From Euglena gracilis (Eukaryota), in NCBI GenBank assembly GCA_039621445.1, contig CP154954.1, positions 23,696,954-23,760,953 of the forward strand: a DNA stretch of 64,000 bases, given 5' to 3'. Of the stretch, positions 32,215 through 43,990 are shown piece by piece. Positions within the stretch are counted from its first letter, which is position 1; each line of letters opens with the position of its first letter. The notes beneath the pieces were generated by a model that was given only the letters and a program-made list of their open reading frames with translations, did not search any database and had not been told where the DNA came from. The position numbers and the translations under genes were made by a program.

Positions 32215-35200
32215 GTGGTTTCCAGCTCTATTGAGCATCCCCCCACCCCAGTGGTTTCCAGCTCTATTGAGCACCCCCCCACCCCAGTTTTCAGCTCTAT
32301 TGAGCATCCCCTTACCGTAATTTTCAGCTCTACCGAGCATTCCCCCACCCCGCTTTCCAGCTCTATCGAGCATTCCCCCCACAGCTCTATCGAGCAACCC
32401 CCCACCCAATGGGTGCCACACCTAACGGTGTCCAGCTCTATGGAGCATTCCCAACCCCAACGGGGTCCAAACCTAATGGTGCCTCATCCCCTCGCCCAAT
32501 GGGCTCCCCCACACCCATTGGTGTCGAGCTCTATCGAGCAACATATAGCCCAACGGGCACAACCCCTTTTGATGGAAAGCCGATCGGCTGATAGGTATTC
32601 ACCCCAGCGAGATCTCGCACTAATGCCGATAGGCACATTTGATTCTGAGGCAGTTGCGCCGCATCAACTTTTTGTTGAGGGTGGGTTAGAAACACCATGT
32701 TTTATCCAACCTCCCCATGCGCTCACAGATCCAAGTCCTATAGGACAGTTGCAAGCACCACCCGATACGGGTTCTTTTCTTGCATTGCCTTGTATGGATT
32801 TGGCAAATTTGCGCCAACGTTTTAAAACACCTATGCAGGCACAATTGCCACAAAGAATCCAAAAAGTGAGTGAGACAGTGTGTGAAATACAATCCCGCAA
32901 TGATGCGAATTTTTCCCACTTGCAACATAGTTTGAAGGATTTGTCTGAACAACTGGAGCCAATATCGGCACTTTTTGAGCACAAAAATCCTGATATGGGA
33001 GCTTTTGTTACCTTGGAGCAGTTCACTGCATTCCAGGAAGCGCAACAGCGCATTATGAAGCTGAGCCGTGAATCGGCAAATTTTCACCATATGCACACCC
33101 AACCTGATGAAGGTTTCGCTTCCAGCACTTATGTGCAGCAATTGGAGGAAAGACTTTCCCGGTTGGAGCGAAAATTCTGCTGTGGAAATTCTGCTGAAAT
33201 AACAAGTTTTTACTCCCATATCGCGAATATCGCAAGCAGGCAGGATGCTTACCACCAACGGTGGCAGAATAATATTGTTGACATCCAAACCGCAATTGCG
33301 GAGTTGCAGAACCGATTTTCTGCAGATGTGCGTAATGAAAATCACCAAGTCAGGAAAAAATTTTGTGACAGTCTCATGAATACCGAGAAAGCCGTGAAAC
33401 AGGATGTCACAAATTTGCAAAATGACCTTATCGCGCTATCCGCGCAAGTTTCGGTCTTGATGAAACAGCCAAAGGCTGAAATAGTCAAAAGTCCGCAATC
33501 GGACCAACCATCTCCACAACTGGAGTCTATTTCCGAAGTTGTGCACACTCTAGCTGTGCGACTACGGGAATTGGAAAGTGGTTTTGGAAAAATTTCGCAA
33601 GATTTCCGGTCTTTTTCTGACAAAATCCCTCTTCTGGACGATATGTCCAAACACCGCAGGCGTATTAAGCGCTTGCAGGAAGATATTGGTGCAATCACCG
33701 ATCACCTGAAAATTCTCGATGATTTGGAGAAAAATTTTCGTGACTTTACAGAACATTTGGATCAAGTACACGCACAATTGCGTTTTTTACAACAAAAACC
33801 CGATATGGGTGTTGTAGGCACACTTGCCGCAGATTCCAGCTCCAAAAGCGCTAACAGCGCACCTGTGGCAGAGCCTATTGGCACGTTGCCACAAAATTAC
33901 GATTCTGCTCATGCAGTGGTCCCTCCCCAAGCGGTACCAGTCCCAATGGACCATTTTTGGGATGATTCGGTTGGTTTTCAAGAGAAAGCCAAGCGAAACC
34001 CTCAAAGAAATCGAAAAATTTGGGAATATGAACTTCGCGGTATGAGCCGCACTCCCGCACATGGTATTGATCCTGAGATGCATCAGCATCACCATTCGCG
34101 CATTCGCGATTCACCAAGTTTGCAAGGTACCTATGGTACACCAAGTGGAATATTGAATGCGCATTCGCAAAATACACCCAAAAGTACACTTGGTGCAACC
34201 ACCGAGGTACCCGCGCATGGTGCGGTTTTGCGCCCAGGCCCATCCTCCTTGAATACCACCGAAGGGCCATGGGAGTCTCAGAAAGATATAAAAGGAATCA
34301 TCGCTATCGCGAAAAAGGTAAAGCCCCAATGGGACGGTGACCCAACAACATGGAAACAGTTTTTCCGTGATTGGGAATATTATTGGGATCTGAAAGGATC
34401 AACCCACAACGGAAACCCAGAGGTGATCAAAATGGAATTCATAGATTGTCTACCAAAAGACGAAAAGGAACGCGCCAGACAATTGGTCATTCGCGGGCGC
34501 ATTTCTTTTCAGGATTTGGTAGAGCAATATGCTTCATCATGTTCCAGTTTGGTTTCCAGAATCACTCTGGAGAGAAAATGGCGGCAATATGCCCCCCATG
34601 ACCGAAAATGGAGGTCGATAGACCTATGGTACTCAAAATGGCTCGCATTGGCAGCCGAAGTAGACGAGTTAGGTGAAACCCAAATGAAAGAGCAATTTGA
34701 CGCAGTATTGCTGCACTTTATACCCAAACTCATCAAAGAAATTCACCGCGAGGAACTCGCAGGACATATTTTGACGCTTGATGAGCGATGGAACTATGTT
34801 TCCAAACAATTGAAGCTATCACAGCTTCTCGGACAAATCCAGTCGGCTTATACGAGCCACCCCACAGCGGGAATACCCGCTATCCAAGTCAGTTCTGTGA
34901 AAAATGTGTCATGCTTATCACATACCGCTATGGCGGAATCCAAATTGCGCAATTCGCGCTCTTCAGAAGAATTTTCGGACAAATTGTGCTTTTTGTGTAA
35001 CAAAAAGGGTCATATATCTTGCCATTGTCCAAATCCTGCAGCGCGAAAGCGCAACCCAAGCCCAAGAGGATCAGCCTCATCATGCAGTTCTCGTTTTTCA
35101 CAAAATGCGCATTCGCAAAATTCAAAATATCGATCACGATCCACATGTTCACTGTGCGGATCCACCAACCACCCCTCACCCAAATGTCGCTATGCGACCC

Positions 35201-35448
35201 CTCCCCACCCAAGCCAGAGTCATCGCGATATGAGTCGCAGTTCAAAAGATCATACTTCAGCCAAAAGGCATAAGGTAGGTCAACGAACAACCTCTATTGA
35301 GGATTATCACCCGGCTTCGGGCAGGGAGGGGGATGATACCCCACCTAACCAAAGGGATCATCCCTGCTTTAGCGCTCATAAATTCAGGGACGTATATGCG
35401 TCCAAAAAGTCATGGGCTGATACGGCCATTGGTTCGGATTTTGAGTAA
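32215..35448 (+). CDS. gag: Element B Gag (coiled-coil N-terminus, capsid-like domain, CCHC knuckles)
   Basis: 1077-aa ORF with KVKPQWDGDPTTWKQFFRDWEYYW, CFLCNKKGHISCHC and CSLCGSTNHPSPKC. The true start is probably near 32037, separated by a disruption. Confidence 0.88.
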   Translation: MVSSSIEHPPTPVVSSSIEHPPTPVFSSIEHPLTVIFSSTEHSPTPLSSSIEHSPHSSIEQPPTQWVPHLTVSSSMEHSQPQRGPNLMVPHPLAQWAPPHPLVSSSIEQHIAQRAQPLLMESRSADRYSPQRDLALMPIGTFDSEAVAPHQLFVEGGLETPCFIQPPHALTDPSPIGQLQAPPDTGSFLALPCMDLANLRQRFKTPMQAQLPQRIQKVSETVCEIQSRNDANFSHLQHSLKDLSEQLEPISALFEHKNPDMGAFVTLEQFTAFQEAQQRIMKLSRESANFHHMHTQPDEGFASSTYVQQLEERLSRLERKFCCGNSAEITSFYSHIANIASRQDAYHQRWQNNIVDIQTAIAELQNRFSADVRNENHQVRKKFCDSLMNTEKAVKQDVTNLQNDLIALSAQVSVLMKQPKAEIVKSPQSDQPSPQLESISEVVHTLAVRLRELESGFGKISQDFRSFSDKIPLLDDMSKHRRRIKRLQEDIGAITDHLKILDDLEKNFRDFTEHLDQVHAQLRFLQQKPDMGVVGTLAADSSSKSANSAPVAEPIGTLPQNYDSAHAVVPPQAVPVPMDHFWDDSVGFQEKAKRNPQRNRKIWEYELRGMSRTPAHGIDPEMHQHHHSRIRDSPSLQGTYGTPSGILNAHSQNTPKSTLGATTEVPAHGAVLRPGPSSLNTTEGPWESQKDIKGIIAIAKKVKPQWDGDPTTWKQFFRDWEYYWDLKGSTHNGNPEVIKMEFIDCLPKDEKERARQLVIRGRISFQDLVEQYASSCSSLVSRITLERKWRQYAPHDRKWRSIDLWYSKWLALAAEVDELGETQMKEQFDAVLLHFIPKLIKEIHREELAGHILTLDERWNYVSKQLKLSQLLGQIQSAYTSHPTAGIPAIQVSSVKNVSCLSHTAMAESKLRNSRSSEEFSDKLCFLCNKKGHISCHCPNPAARKRNPSPRGSASSCSSRFSQNAHSQNSKYRSRSTCSLCGSTNHPSPKCRYATPPHPSQSHRDMSRSSKDHTSAKRHKVGQRTTSIEDYHPASGREGDDTPPNQRDHPCFSAHKFRDVYASKKSWADTAIGSDFE

Positions 35449-38400
35449 AGACACCCAAAACCCAGGGATGCGGACTACAGGGGCTACTAGAAAGGAGGTG
35501 ACAGGAGTCATGACCCCAGTCATCCCCTGCCCAGTATCCTTTCTGGTCATCGTTCCAGGATTTTCCGGTGTCCCCGCTCAAAATTCTGCCAAATTTTTGA
35601 CATATAGACCATTTTGTGTTTCCGGTTGTGGTTTATCATGGGATAGCCCATGAATGTCCATGTGGTTGAGTGGATTCCCGCTCCAAGAATGCACACGACA
35701 CCGCAAAATTCTTCCCCCCCTCAAACTTCCACTAATCATCACTTTTACATACCGTTTTTGATGACAGCAACACCGTTTTCAACAACACCAACACCGTTTT
35801 CAACACAGGGTAAAGAGAAAGTGCCCCCCCTACCCACCGCATATCCACAAACGTTCCACATGCGGTAGGGGTAACAAGTAGCTCTACCCCCGATCGTTCC
35901 ACTGGGTTCCAAGACGAAAGCCCTAAGGCCTGAAGTTTAAACGGTGTCGAGTAGTCGCCCAGCTGCTTTCAACTTTTCGTTTTCCACCAGGTTTGTCGAT
36001 TCAGACAATCCTGTACACCCCCCGCAGCTCAAATTCGCATACAATTTTTCTTACACCCTCCCCCCCCCCCCCCCCAGACCGACATGCGCGACCAGGACAA
36101 CTACTCCGCACCTCCCCCCCATGGTGTGCACTCTGGGAGAACTTTCCACACAATCACCAACCAAACACAAAGGTGAATATGCACATCAAAACTAACCCCC
36201 CGACACTCTATCTCCAACGGAGAGCTATTCATTGACCAATTTTTGTCAAGTGCAAGACAAATTCAGCACTATGTGCACATTCCCCCCGAAGCGCATAGCG
36301 CACATCAATGCCGATGCGCATAGCTCACATTCCCCCCCAAGCGCTAATTGCGCACACCGCGCGTCGCGCGAATCCTGCGCATATCGCGCTTAGCCTACCC
36401 CCCCCACGCACATGTTGTGCAGTGAGGCAACTCCCCCCCCGCGCGTATCACGCCATATCCATATCATGCGCGTATCGCGCTAGACCCGGCGCGTATCGCG
36501 CCACCCACCTTGGCAACCCCCCTTTCTCACAATGCCGTGTGAGCACTATCGTGCATTTATGACACATGGGTATACGCCCAAACCACCCATATTCTTTTGG
36601 GAATCATTCCCAAAGTTTTATGTGTGGAAATGGGCACTTCTGTTCATGGATGTTTGTTTCTGTACCACATGATCAAATTGCAGATTTTGTTTGATGACAG
36701 CAAACAAGAAGTGAAGTTTTATGTGAATACGGTTTTTTTGCCCAATCCATTCCCACACCAAAAATATTTTGGTGTTCCCAAAGCTCTATGGAGCAAAGCA
36801 ACACAAGTTGTGTGATAAAGTTTTTGGGATGTATTGCAAATACTGCATTTTTCCCGAAAACGTGTCCAACTTGTGCTAAAATAGCATTTTTGTGCCTTAA
36901 ATGGCTTATTATTTTGGCAAAATGCAATCCCGATATGGGAAAATGCTCAAAATTACAGAAGTGAATCCCGATAGGGAAATAAGTTGAATTCCTTGAGAAA
37001 ATCTGCAACATAGTTGCCCCCCCCCCCCAAAAGAAAATGAAGAAAATTCATTCAAACATGCATTTTTATGGACTTGACCACTTAGCCTTAGGTCTATGTG
37101 ACCAATACAACCTATGATGTACAAGGCTTTTAGGCCATTACCCATGTGGTCCATGGGTCCATAGGACCAATTTGCACAAATTGCAAGGACCAAAAGGACC
37201 AAAGGTCCACAAATCCATATTGTACGTGAAAAGTCCATAGGACCTCAAAAAATGGCACAAAAAGCCATATTACATGGCTGAAAGTGGCTGAATTGGCCAA
37301 AACAAGCCAAATAGGCTAGGTTTATGCAGATTTGCATAAGTGTCACTTTGGCATAGCCTCAAAACCACCACAAAAGCTTCAAAATTTCTGGCACCTCGTG
37401 CCATGAGGTTTTGACTGTATGTAGTAGTGCCTATGAGATAGGAACCAAAAGTTGTCTTTGTAGAATAAATTATGGGAGCTTATAGCAAAAGCTCACTCAC
37501 ACAGGCAAAAGATCAAAGACGTATCTCGGCGCCTGTAGCTGGCCGATAGGCCATGTTACCCCTCATTCGAAAGCTCGTTGGACGAGCCGTCCAGCGATGC
37601 TATCAGATCGCTGTGACTCTGCACGGTACTCTTATTTGGAGAGATCGTGAAAAATTGAATTAAGCCCAGCCAATCTGGCCAAAAGCCAAATTTTGAGCCA
37701 GATCTTGTACGATCGTGTACCAGACTGGCAAATCATCCTGAAAGGCTTCTATACTGTTCCCTACATCGTTTCTGATGGCTAATTACCATTGGTTACCAGA
37801 TTGGCTAATGGCCATTTTTTAGTACCTTTGGCAGCATTCTGCCCATTACCCCCTCTGTATGGCCTATTAGGCCTGGTACAGTTCAGAGGGCTATAGCCCA
37901 CAATTTGGAGTCATTTCGACTCACTAGAATCATTTTTAGGAGCACTTATGTGCAAATTTTCATTTAAATCATTGATTTTCTGCAATTTTTAGTGATTTTT
38001 CCCTATTCTGGCACTCATATCCCTAATGGGAGTGACCATGAGGCACTATGCCAGAGTGGAAGGCAAAGGGATATGCTGATAAAGGCAATTTTTCCTTTGC
38101 TCAAGATGTCATAGACATGTTTTACTTGTATTTTTAAGCGTATTTTTGCTTTTTTGCGATATTTTTGCACAATTTTACAGCTTTTTGGGTGATGTGGTGA
38201 TATTAGACACCCAAATCCCAAAATCTGTACAACAACAAACATGCAGTGTTATTGGACACTCTCAACAAGCACTATGTGCACTTGGCAAACTTGCAGTCTT
38301 AAATGACTCAAAATGCAACAAAGTTGCACTTTTGGTGACAAAAATGCAACTCTCGACGCAGAATCTGCATTTCTGCCCTAAATCCTGATGGGGATTTCCC

Positions 38401-39747
38401 TAAAAATCTGACAAAAGTCAGTATTTCTCAGTGACATAGTCGCAAATGATGAGATTTTGTCATATTTGCAGTATTTTTTTCTGCTTACCACGCTAACGGC
38501 ATTCTTGCCCCACCCCCCCCACTTTATTCAGTGGGACCCCCTTACCAATATAATTCGGACCCCCCCACTTCATTCAGTGGGATCCCCTTACCGATATAAT
38601 TCGGAAGACCCAAAGGTCATCATGTGCAACACCAATGGTGTCATTCTGCAAGGTTTATAAGAACCATAGCTCAAAAATGGTGAAATCCGGCTTTTTGTGA
38701 TGAATTTCACCGCACTGGAACAATGTTCCATCCTTTTATGTGCATTCACAGTTCATTTGCGGTTTTTCAAAGTGGTATAAGCCACACCAATTACAGTTGT
38801 TCTGTGATTTGGCAGCAGCCTGCCACAATTCCGCATTTTTTCTGCGGTTGAACACCTCAGTATGATTTTTTTGGCAATCTGCCGAAATCGTTTGATTCGG
38901 GTATACACCCAGTAGTATTTTTGTGCCATGCATATTCCGCAAGGCAATGTTTCTGGGCGATAAAGCCTACCCCCCCCCATAATTTTTGGCTAATGCCAAC
39001 CCTTCAGCCTACAGGCTGCACACCCAAGGCACAAATGCCAAATCTACAGTTTTTAGGGCTATTGCCCACTATTATGAGGTATACGCCTCTGGGGATACCC
39101 CATCGAGAACACCGTGTTCGCCCTGCACTATGAAGAGTTCACAGCGGTATATGCCGCCAGTAAGAAGACGCACAGCACACAGCGCGCACAACGTAATAAT
39201 TAGGCCAACTTGTTACTTTTCGGCCTTAAGGCCCCCATAAGACTGCCAGACAGCAAAAATTCTGCCTAAGGTCTTTTGACCAGCCCCCCACTCCTCTCCC
39301 GTTTCCCCCCCGGGTAAAATCGCTGTCACCGGCAGTTGGTTTTGTAAATAGGCTTTCTTCCCTGGTCAGGTATGACTGGCCAGGTACCCCTCCTTCCACA
39401 CCCTACCTCTACAATCTTTTCCGATCATGGAATGAGACCACCACAAGTGCCATAGGCACACCCCAAACGGGGTGGATGGGACTTTCTGGAATGGAAACCT
39501 TCCAGCCCCATTTTCCAATGGGCTCTTCCACTTCCACCCCTTTGCCGCAATAAGTAGGCACCGCATAAGCGGTTAACCACTTTTGCGCGTTCTTGCGATA
39601 TTTCGCACTTTCCTTCCCACACCCCTGGTGACAGGAGAACCAAAAGCCGCATACGGCTCTGTGACAGGTCCCCGTCCCGAGGACTGTGTCCGGCATTCCG
39701 ACTGGCCTGGTCAAGTAGGGAAATCGGGCATAGCCCTGGGAGGGGGA

Positions 39748-40198
39748 TGTGTACCAGGCAGCCGTAAGGCCATGGTACTGTGTATGTAGGTATAAGCCTA
39801 CGGCCAGATATAGCTCTGAGCCCCATACACAGTACTGTGCTAGGTGGTATTCCTAAAGATGGCCAACGGCCTGAATTAGGAATACCTCACCCATATTCTG
39901 GTTCTCCTCTCCACAGGTGGTATTCGTATTCTTATTTTCTTCTTCACTTGAATATCAAGTTTGATTTGTTTCATTTGAAGTCCGAAACGGACAGCCAAGT
40001 CACTTGGCATTTTCTTTGTGTAGCCCATAGGGCTTCTTCACCTGCCTTGTGCTCTGCATAAGCCCAAAGGCAATAAAAACTAATAAACTAATAGTTAAGT
40101 AAAAGATTCTCTTTTTTTGTTACTCTCCTGGTTCTGTTCCCACGGGAGGGTGTAAGTAGGCCGACAGGCAATGGGAAAAGAGTCAGGGGACGTACACT
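39748..40198 (+). repeat. Element B 3' LTR
   Basis: Repeat of 31201-31651, preceded by the PPT GGGAGGGGGA. Confidence 0.93.
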
Positions 40199-42560
40199 TC
40201 GGGCCAACACACGCTGGTCCCGAAATCCCAACTGGTGCAGGTAACTGCGACCAGTGGAGTCGCTGAAGAGACCCCAGTTCTGGCAGGGGTATCCCAGCCA
40301 AAACCAGAGCTCCCAGAAACCCGGCTGGGCATCCAGCAAGGGTCTGCTACCTTCACCTTCGAAGGCGTACAGATCTATTCCGTAATGGAATAGTCTGACT
40401 CTGTTCTCGGTGTGGCGTAATACCACATCGATGACTGCTTGTGGAGGGGTGACGGGGCGGTTCCCTGCAACATGGTAATCATGCTGCATTCGCCAGCCTT
40501 CGTCTTCCAGCTCCTCCTTGAACCTGAGCAGATGCTCAAAGTCCGAGAGAACTTCTGCTGGTTCTTCTTCCTCCTCACGTGCTGTTCCCTTACCTTTACC
40601 CTCACCCTTCCCTTTGCCGGCCACGCCTTTGCCTTCTCCCTTGCCTTTGCCCTCGGCCTTGCCTGTGTCCTTTCCCGTCTGGCGAATACCAGAGGGTCGG
40701 GCGCTCGGTGCCGCAGGAGTCGGTTCGGTTCCTTCCCATTCCATCTCTGGGGAGGGACCTGGCCGACCCGCTGCACGTCGCGGTGATGGCGTGGCTGGGC
40801 GCTGGCTAGGAGTCTGGCGTGTGCTTGGTTTCGACGCAGGGGGTCGCGGCTCCTTCCATACCGGAGGGATCGGCGGTGGCATAGCCGCAACAGGACGGCT
40901 CATCGCCACCTGTGCCTCTGCCGGTGGTCGTCTAGCCGGGGTATCCTGGCTGGCTTCCACTTGCATCGCCACACCGCCTTCCGCGTCCCGTGGGCTGGGT
41001 CGCCTGGGCTGTGGGGTAAGGTTCTCCGTAGTCCTGTCGCGCTTCAGGGTGGCAGGTAATACTGCCACACCTGCCGGGGGCTCACCGGGTAATACCGGGG
41101 TTGCCACCCGCAGCTGCGGCTGGTACGGATGGTAGGTGTATCCACGACCCTGAAGGGCAGCCAGAGAGGCGTAATACCTCGTCCGGTGCTCTTCAGACAC
41201 GAATACTGGCTCCTGTAGGAAGTGCCGAGCAAGCTCATCCTGCTCGGTTCCCGGAGGCGCCATGTGGTAGTAGGAAGTCTCCTTCCGACAGGGGATATCC
41301 CCAGTCTGGACAGGAGCTGCACTGGGCGATCGGGCTGCCACACGGTGGGGAGGTTCATCCTCCACCACTATGAGCTCCGCCTGCCGCCGTGGCTCAACGC
41401 CAGGGACAGGGGCGACGGTCTGTGGCATCCAGTGCATGAAAGTGTTGACGTACTCAGGGGGCACGTCCGACTGTCCGGCTGCGTGTGCGCCTGTGCTTTT
41501 CCGCTGCCCGCGGCTTAACCCTTTGCCATCTCTTGGGGGGGTATCCTGGCTGGTCGTCCTATGCACCCAAATGTCCCTGTGGGCTGGCGGGGGTCTCCTC
41601 CTGTCGCGCAGGGGGTCTGCCACTGCCGGACAACCGGGGCCACCCTGAATGGGGGACGGGGGGGCGCTCTGGCTCCTCCTGAAGGAAGTGCCGTAGTCGC
41701 GCCCGGAGGCCGCCTGGATACTCTGGACAGGAGCTGCCAGGGGGGGCCGGGAGGTGCTCACCACTGCAGGTGCAGCGGGAGGGGGGGGCAGGCCAGGGGC
41801 ACAGGATATGCACCGCCCGCCCGCCTCGGCGCGGGCTGCGTGCTGCCACGGATCCTGCTGCTCCTGCGGGGGGGCCGGCGAGGGGGGCGAAAAAATTCAT
41901 CCCAGGTGGGACATGCACAGCCTCACCTAGGGGGCGTGGTGCATATGCGGTGTGGGATCCCACCGGCGTCTGCGTTTGCACATGTGGGCGGCACATACAC
42001 GCCCAGGTCCATCATTGTCTCGCCAGGCTCGAATCCGGAATCGGATGCCGACGAGAAATACCGTCTCCCCGTCATCAGGGCTTGACCACAGGGACACCAC
42101 TGAGCCACAGGGGTGTTGGCTACCACCAACAACTGAGCACAGTATGCATCCCAAAGGGCTTGCATAAAGGGCTCCGTTGGGGGGTGTGCGCACATACGCA
42201 TCGCCCGCTCCAACGTCTCCGTAGTGCGGAAGATCATCTCTCCCGCATACGGGAGCAGGCGCGATCTGCGCTGCGCTGGTGGCTGAGGTGCCGGCTGCTG
42301 GACGGCAGATGGATCTGGTACCGCATATGCGGACCGGCTGCTGGTAGCCGCGGCGAATACCGGGGCTGAAGCCCTCTCAGCATGTGGGGCACCCGGAATC
42401 GGGGCCTCAGCATACTGAGGGTACTGGGGGTATGGCGCGCCAGAAGGCTGCGGCCATGGTGGACCTGGTCCAGGTCCGCGCCCAGGCAGCATGATGCTAC
42501 CCGAACGACGACGACAACTAAGGGTAACCTTGTTGTCAGTCGCTTTGAGTGCTGGTGCAC
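40199..42560 (-). pseudogene. Element A extra ORF, N-terminal part (Pro-rich, frameshifted)
   Basis: ORFs 41923-42492 and 40088-41764. The latter reads into B's LTR and continues in frame at 31196 once B is removed. Confidence 0.7.
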
Positions 42561-42682
42561 TGAAAAAGGAAGGCTTCTATCTTAATCAAAAACTCTGCGA
42601 GAAAGACAGAAGATGAAATGCAGGGGGGTATAAACGCGAAACATTCACATAAAACAGACACATTCTCCAAAACGAAATCGTT

Positions 42683-43990
42683 TCAGAAAGCGTTTATGTT
42701 TATGTCTATGTTATTGCGCTTGTTCCACAGCTTCAAATCATGCTGGATATATCCAACAAAACTGGATGCCGGCTCCCAAGTGTCCTCCTCTGGCCCATAC
42801 CCTTTCCAGCGAACTTTCCAGTAGTGCACACCCCTGTCGACCTTGTGGTCTATTATCTTATCGACCACAAAGTCGTCCGTTTCAGGTAATCTGGAACGGG
42901 GCTTGAAATATAGGCAGGGGATAGCTTTTCCGTCTGGGGGGCTTAGGTACGGTTTGAAGTCGTCCATATGGACGTCCTCAATCCCGTTGGGCAAGGCAAC
43001 TTTATATCGCCCGCTACTACCTAACCTCTCCAATATTTCGCATGGGCCGAGCCAAAGAGGATCTAGCTTGGAAGATTGCATGCGGGTGCGGTTATTCCGT
43101 ACCCACACGCGGTCACCTGGACTATACACAGGTGTGTTGAAGTTCTGTAAAAACGATTTCCGTTTGTTGGAATGAATTTCTGTGATACGTGATTGGACTG
43201 CAGAGCGGAGTGATTCCACTTCTGCAAACTACGTTTCACAGCTGACGCTACTTCGGGCGGGTCTCTCCGAGGGGATATCCCCTATGGCCGGAGGGTCTCG
43301 TCCGAAAACAATTTTGTACGGTGAGTGTGGTAATACCAACCCTGGCAAGGTATTGATGTAAAATAAACACCAATGAAGAACGGATAACCAATTCTTACCC
43401 GAGTCAGCCAGTGAAAGGCGAAGCATATTCACAACGGATTTCACGGCTGCATCGGCTCTACCATTGCCTTTCGGGCGGTATATAATGGAAAAATGCTGCT
43501 CAATGCCGAGTAAACCGCACAAAGTTGTGAAAAACCGCGAAGAGATCAAGTGATCTTGATCACTCACGATTTCGTTCGGTAAACCCATTAAGCAGATACA
43601 TTTCTCCAGGAATATGGATGCCAAAATTTGGGCTGTCAACCCTGCTTTCCGGCATGGAATGGCTACTATGTACCCACTCAGCCGACAGACGACAACAAAA
43701 ACGTAATCGTAAATTTTGTCATCTGATCCTTTGCAAGGTTCAAGTTCGAGAAAATCCATGCAGATGGACGTAAAAATGTCTGGTGGTACGGGGAAAAAGT
43801 CCATCGTACCAGGGGGGGGGGTACCTCTGCGCGGTTTTACAGCCTGAAAAATTTGGCACCGTTACGAAAATCGCAAACAGCGCGAATATAATTCTTTTTC
43901 ACTCAGGGTTGTGCAATATCTGCGACCCTCCAGTGAAAGAAGTTCGGGGGCCCCAGGGTGACCATGGTTGTGATAGCTCAAAATCACATC
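42683..43990 (-). pseudogene. Element A integrase with GPY/F-like region and C-terminal chromodomain
   Basis: SICMDF...NEIVSDQD...PKGNGRAD; KLDPLWLGPCEI; VDKIIDHK...WKVRWKGYGPEEDTWEP. Confidence 0.92.

Larger units (their letters stand above)
31201..40198 (+). mobile_element. Element B: gag-only (pol-deleted) LTR retrotransposon related to A, nested in A's extra ORF
   Basis: 451-bp LTRs 31201-31651 and 39748-40198 differ at only a few positions. TSD TCGG, PBS at 31652, PPT before 39748. Removing B restores the host frame LAR|RLKAIF. Confidence 0.93.

Noticed and set aside
27706-42560. env gene
   Set aside because: No signal peptide, furin/fusion motif or transmembrane segment was seen.
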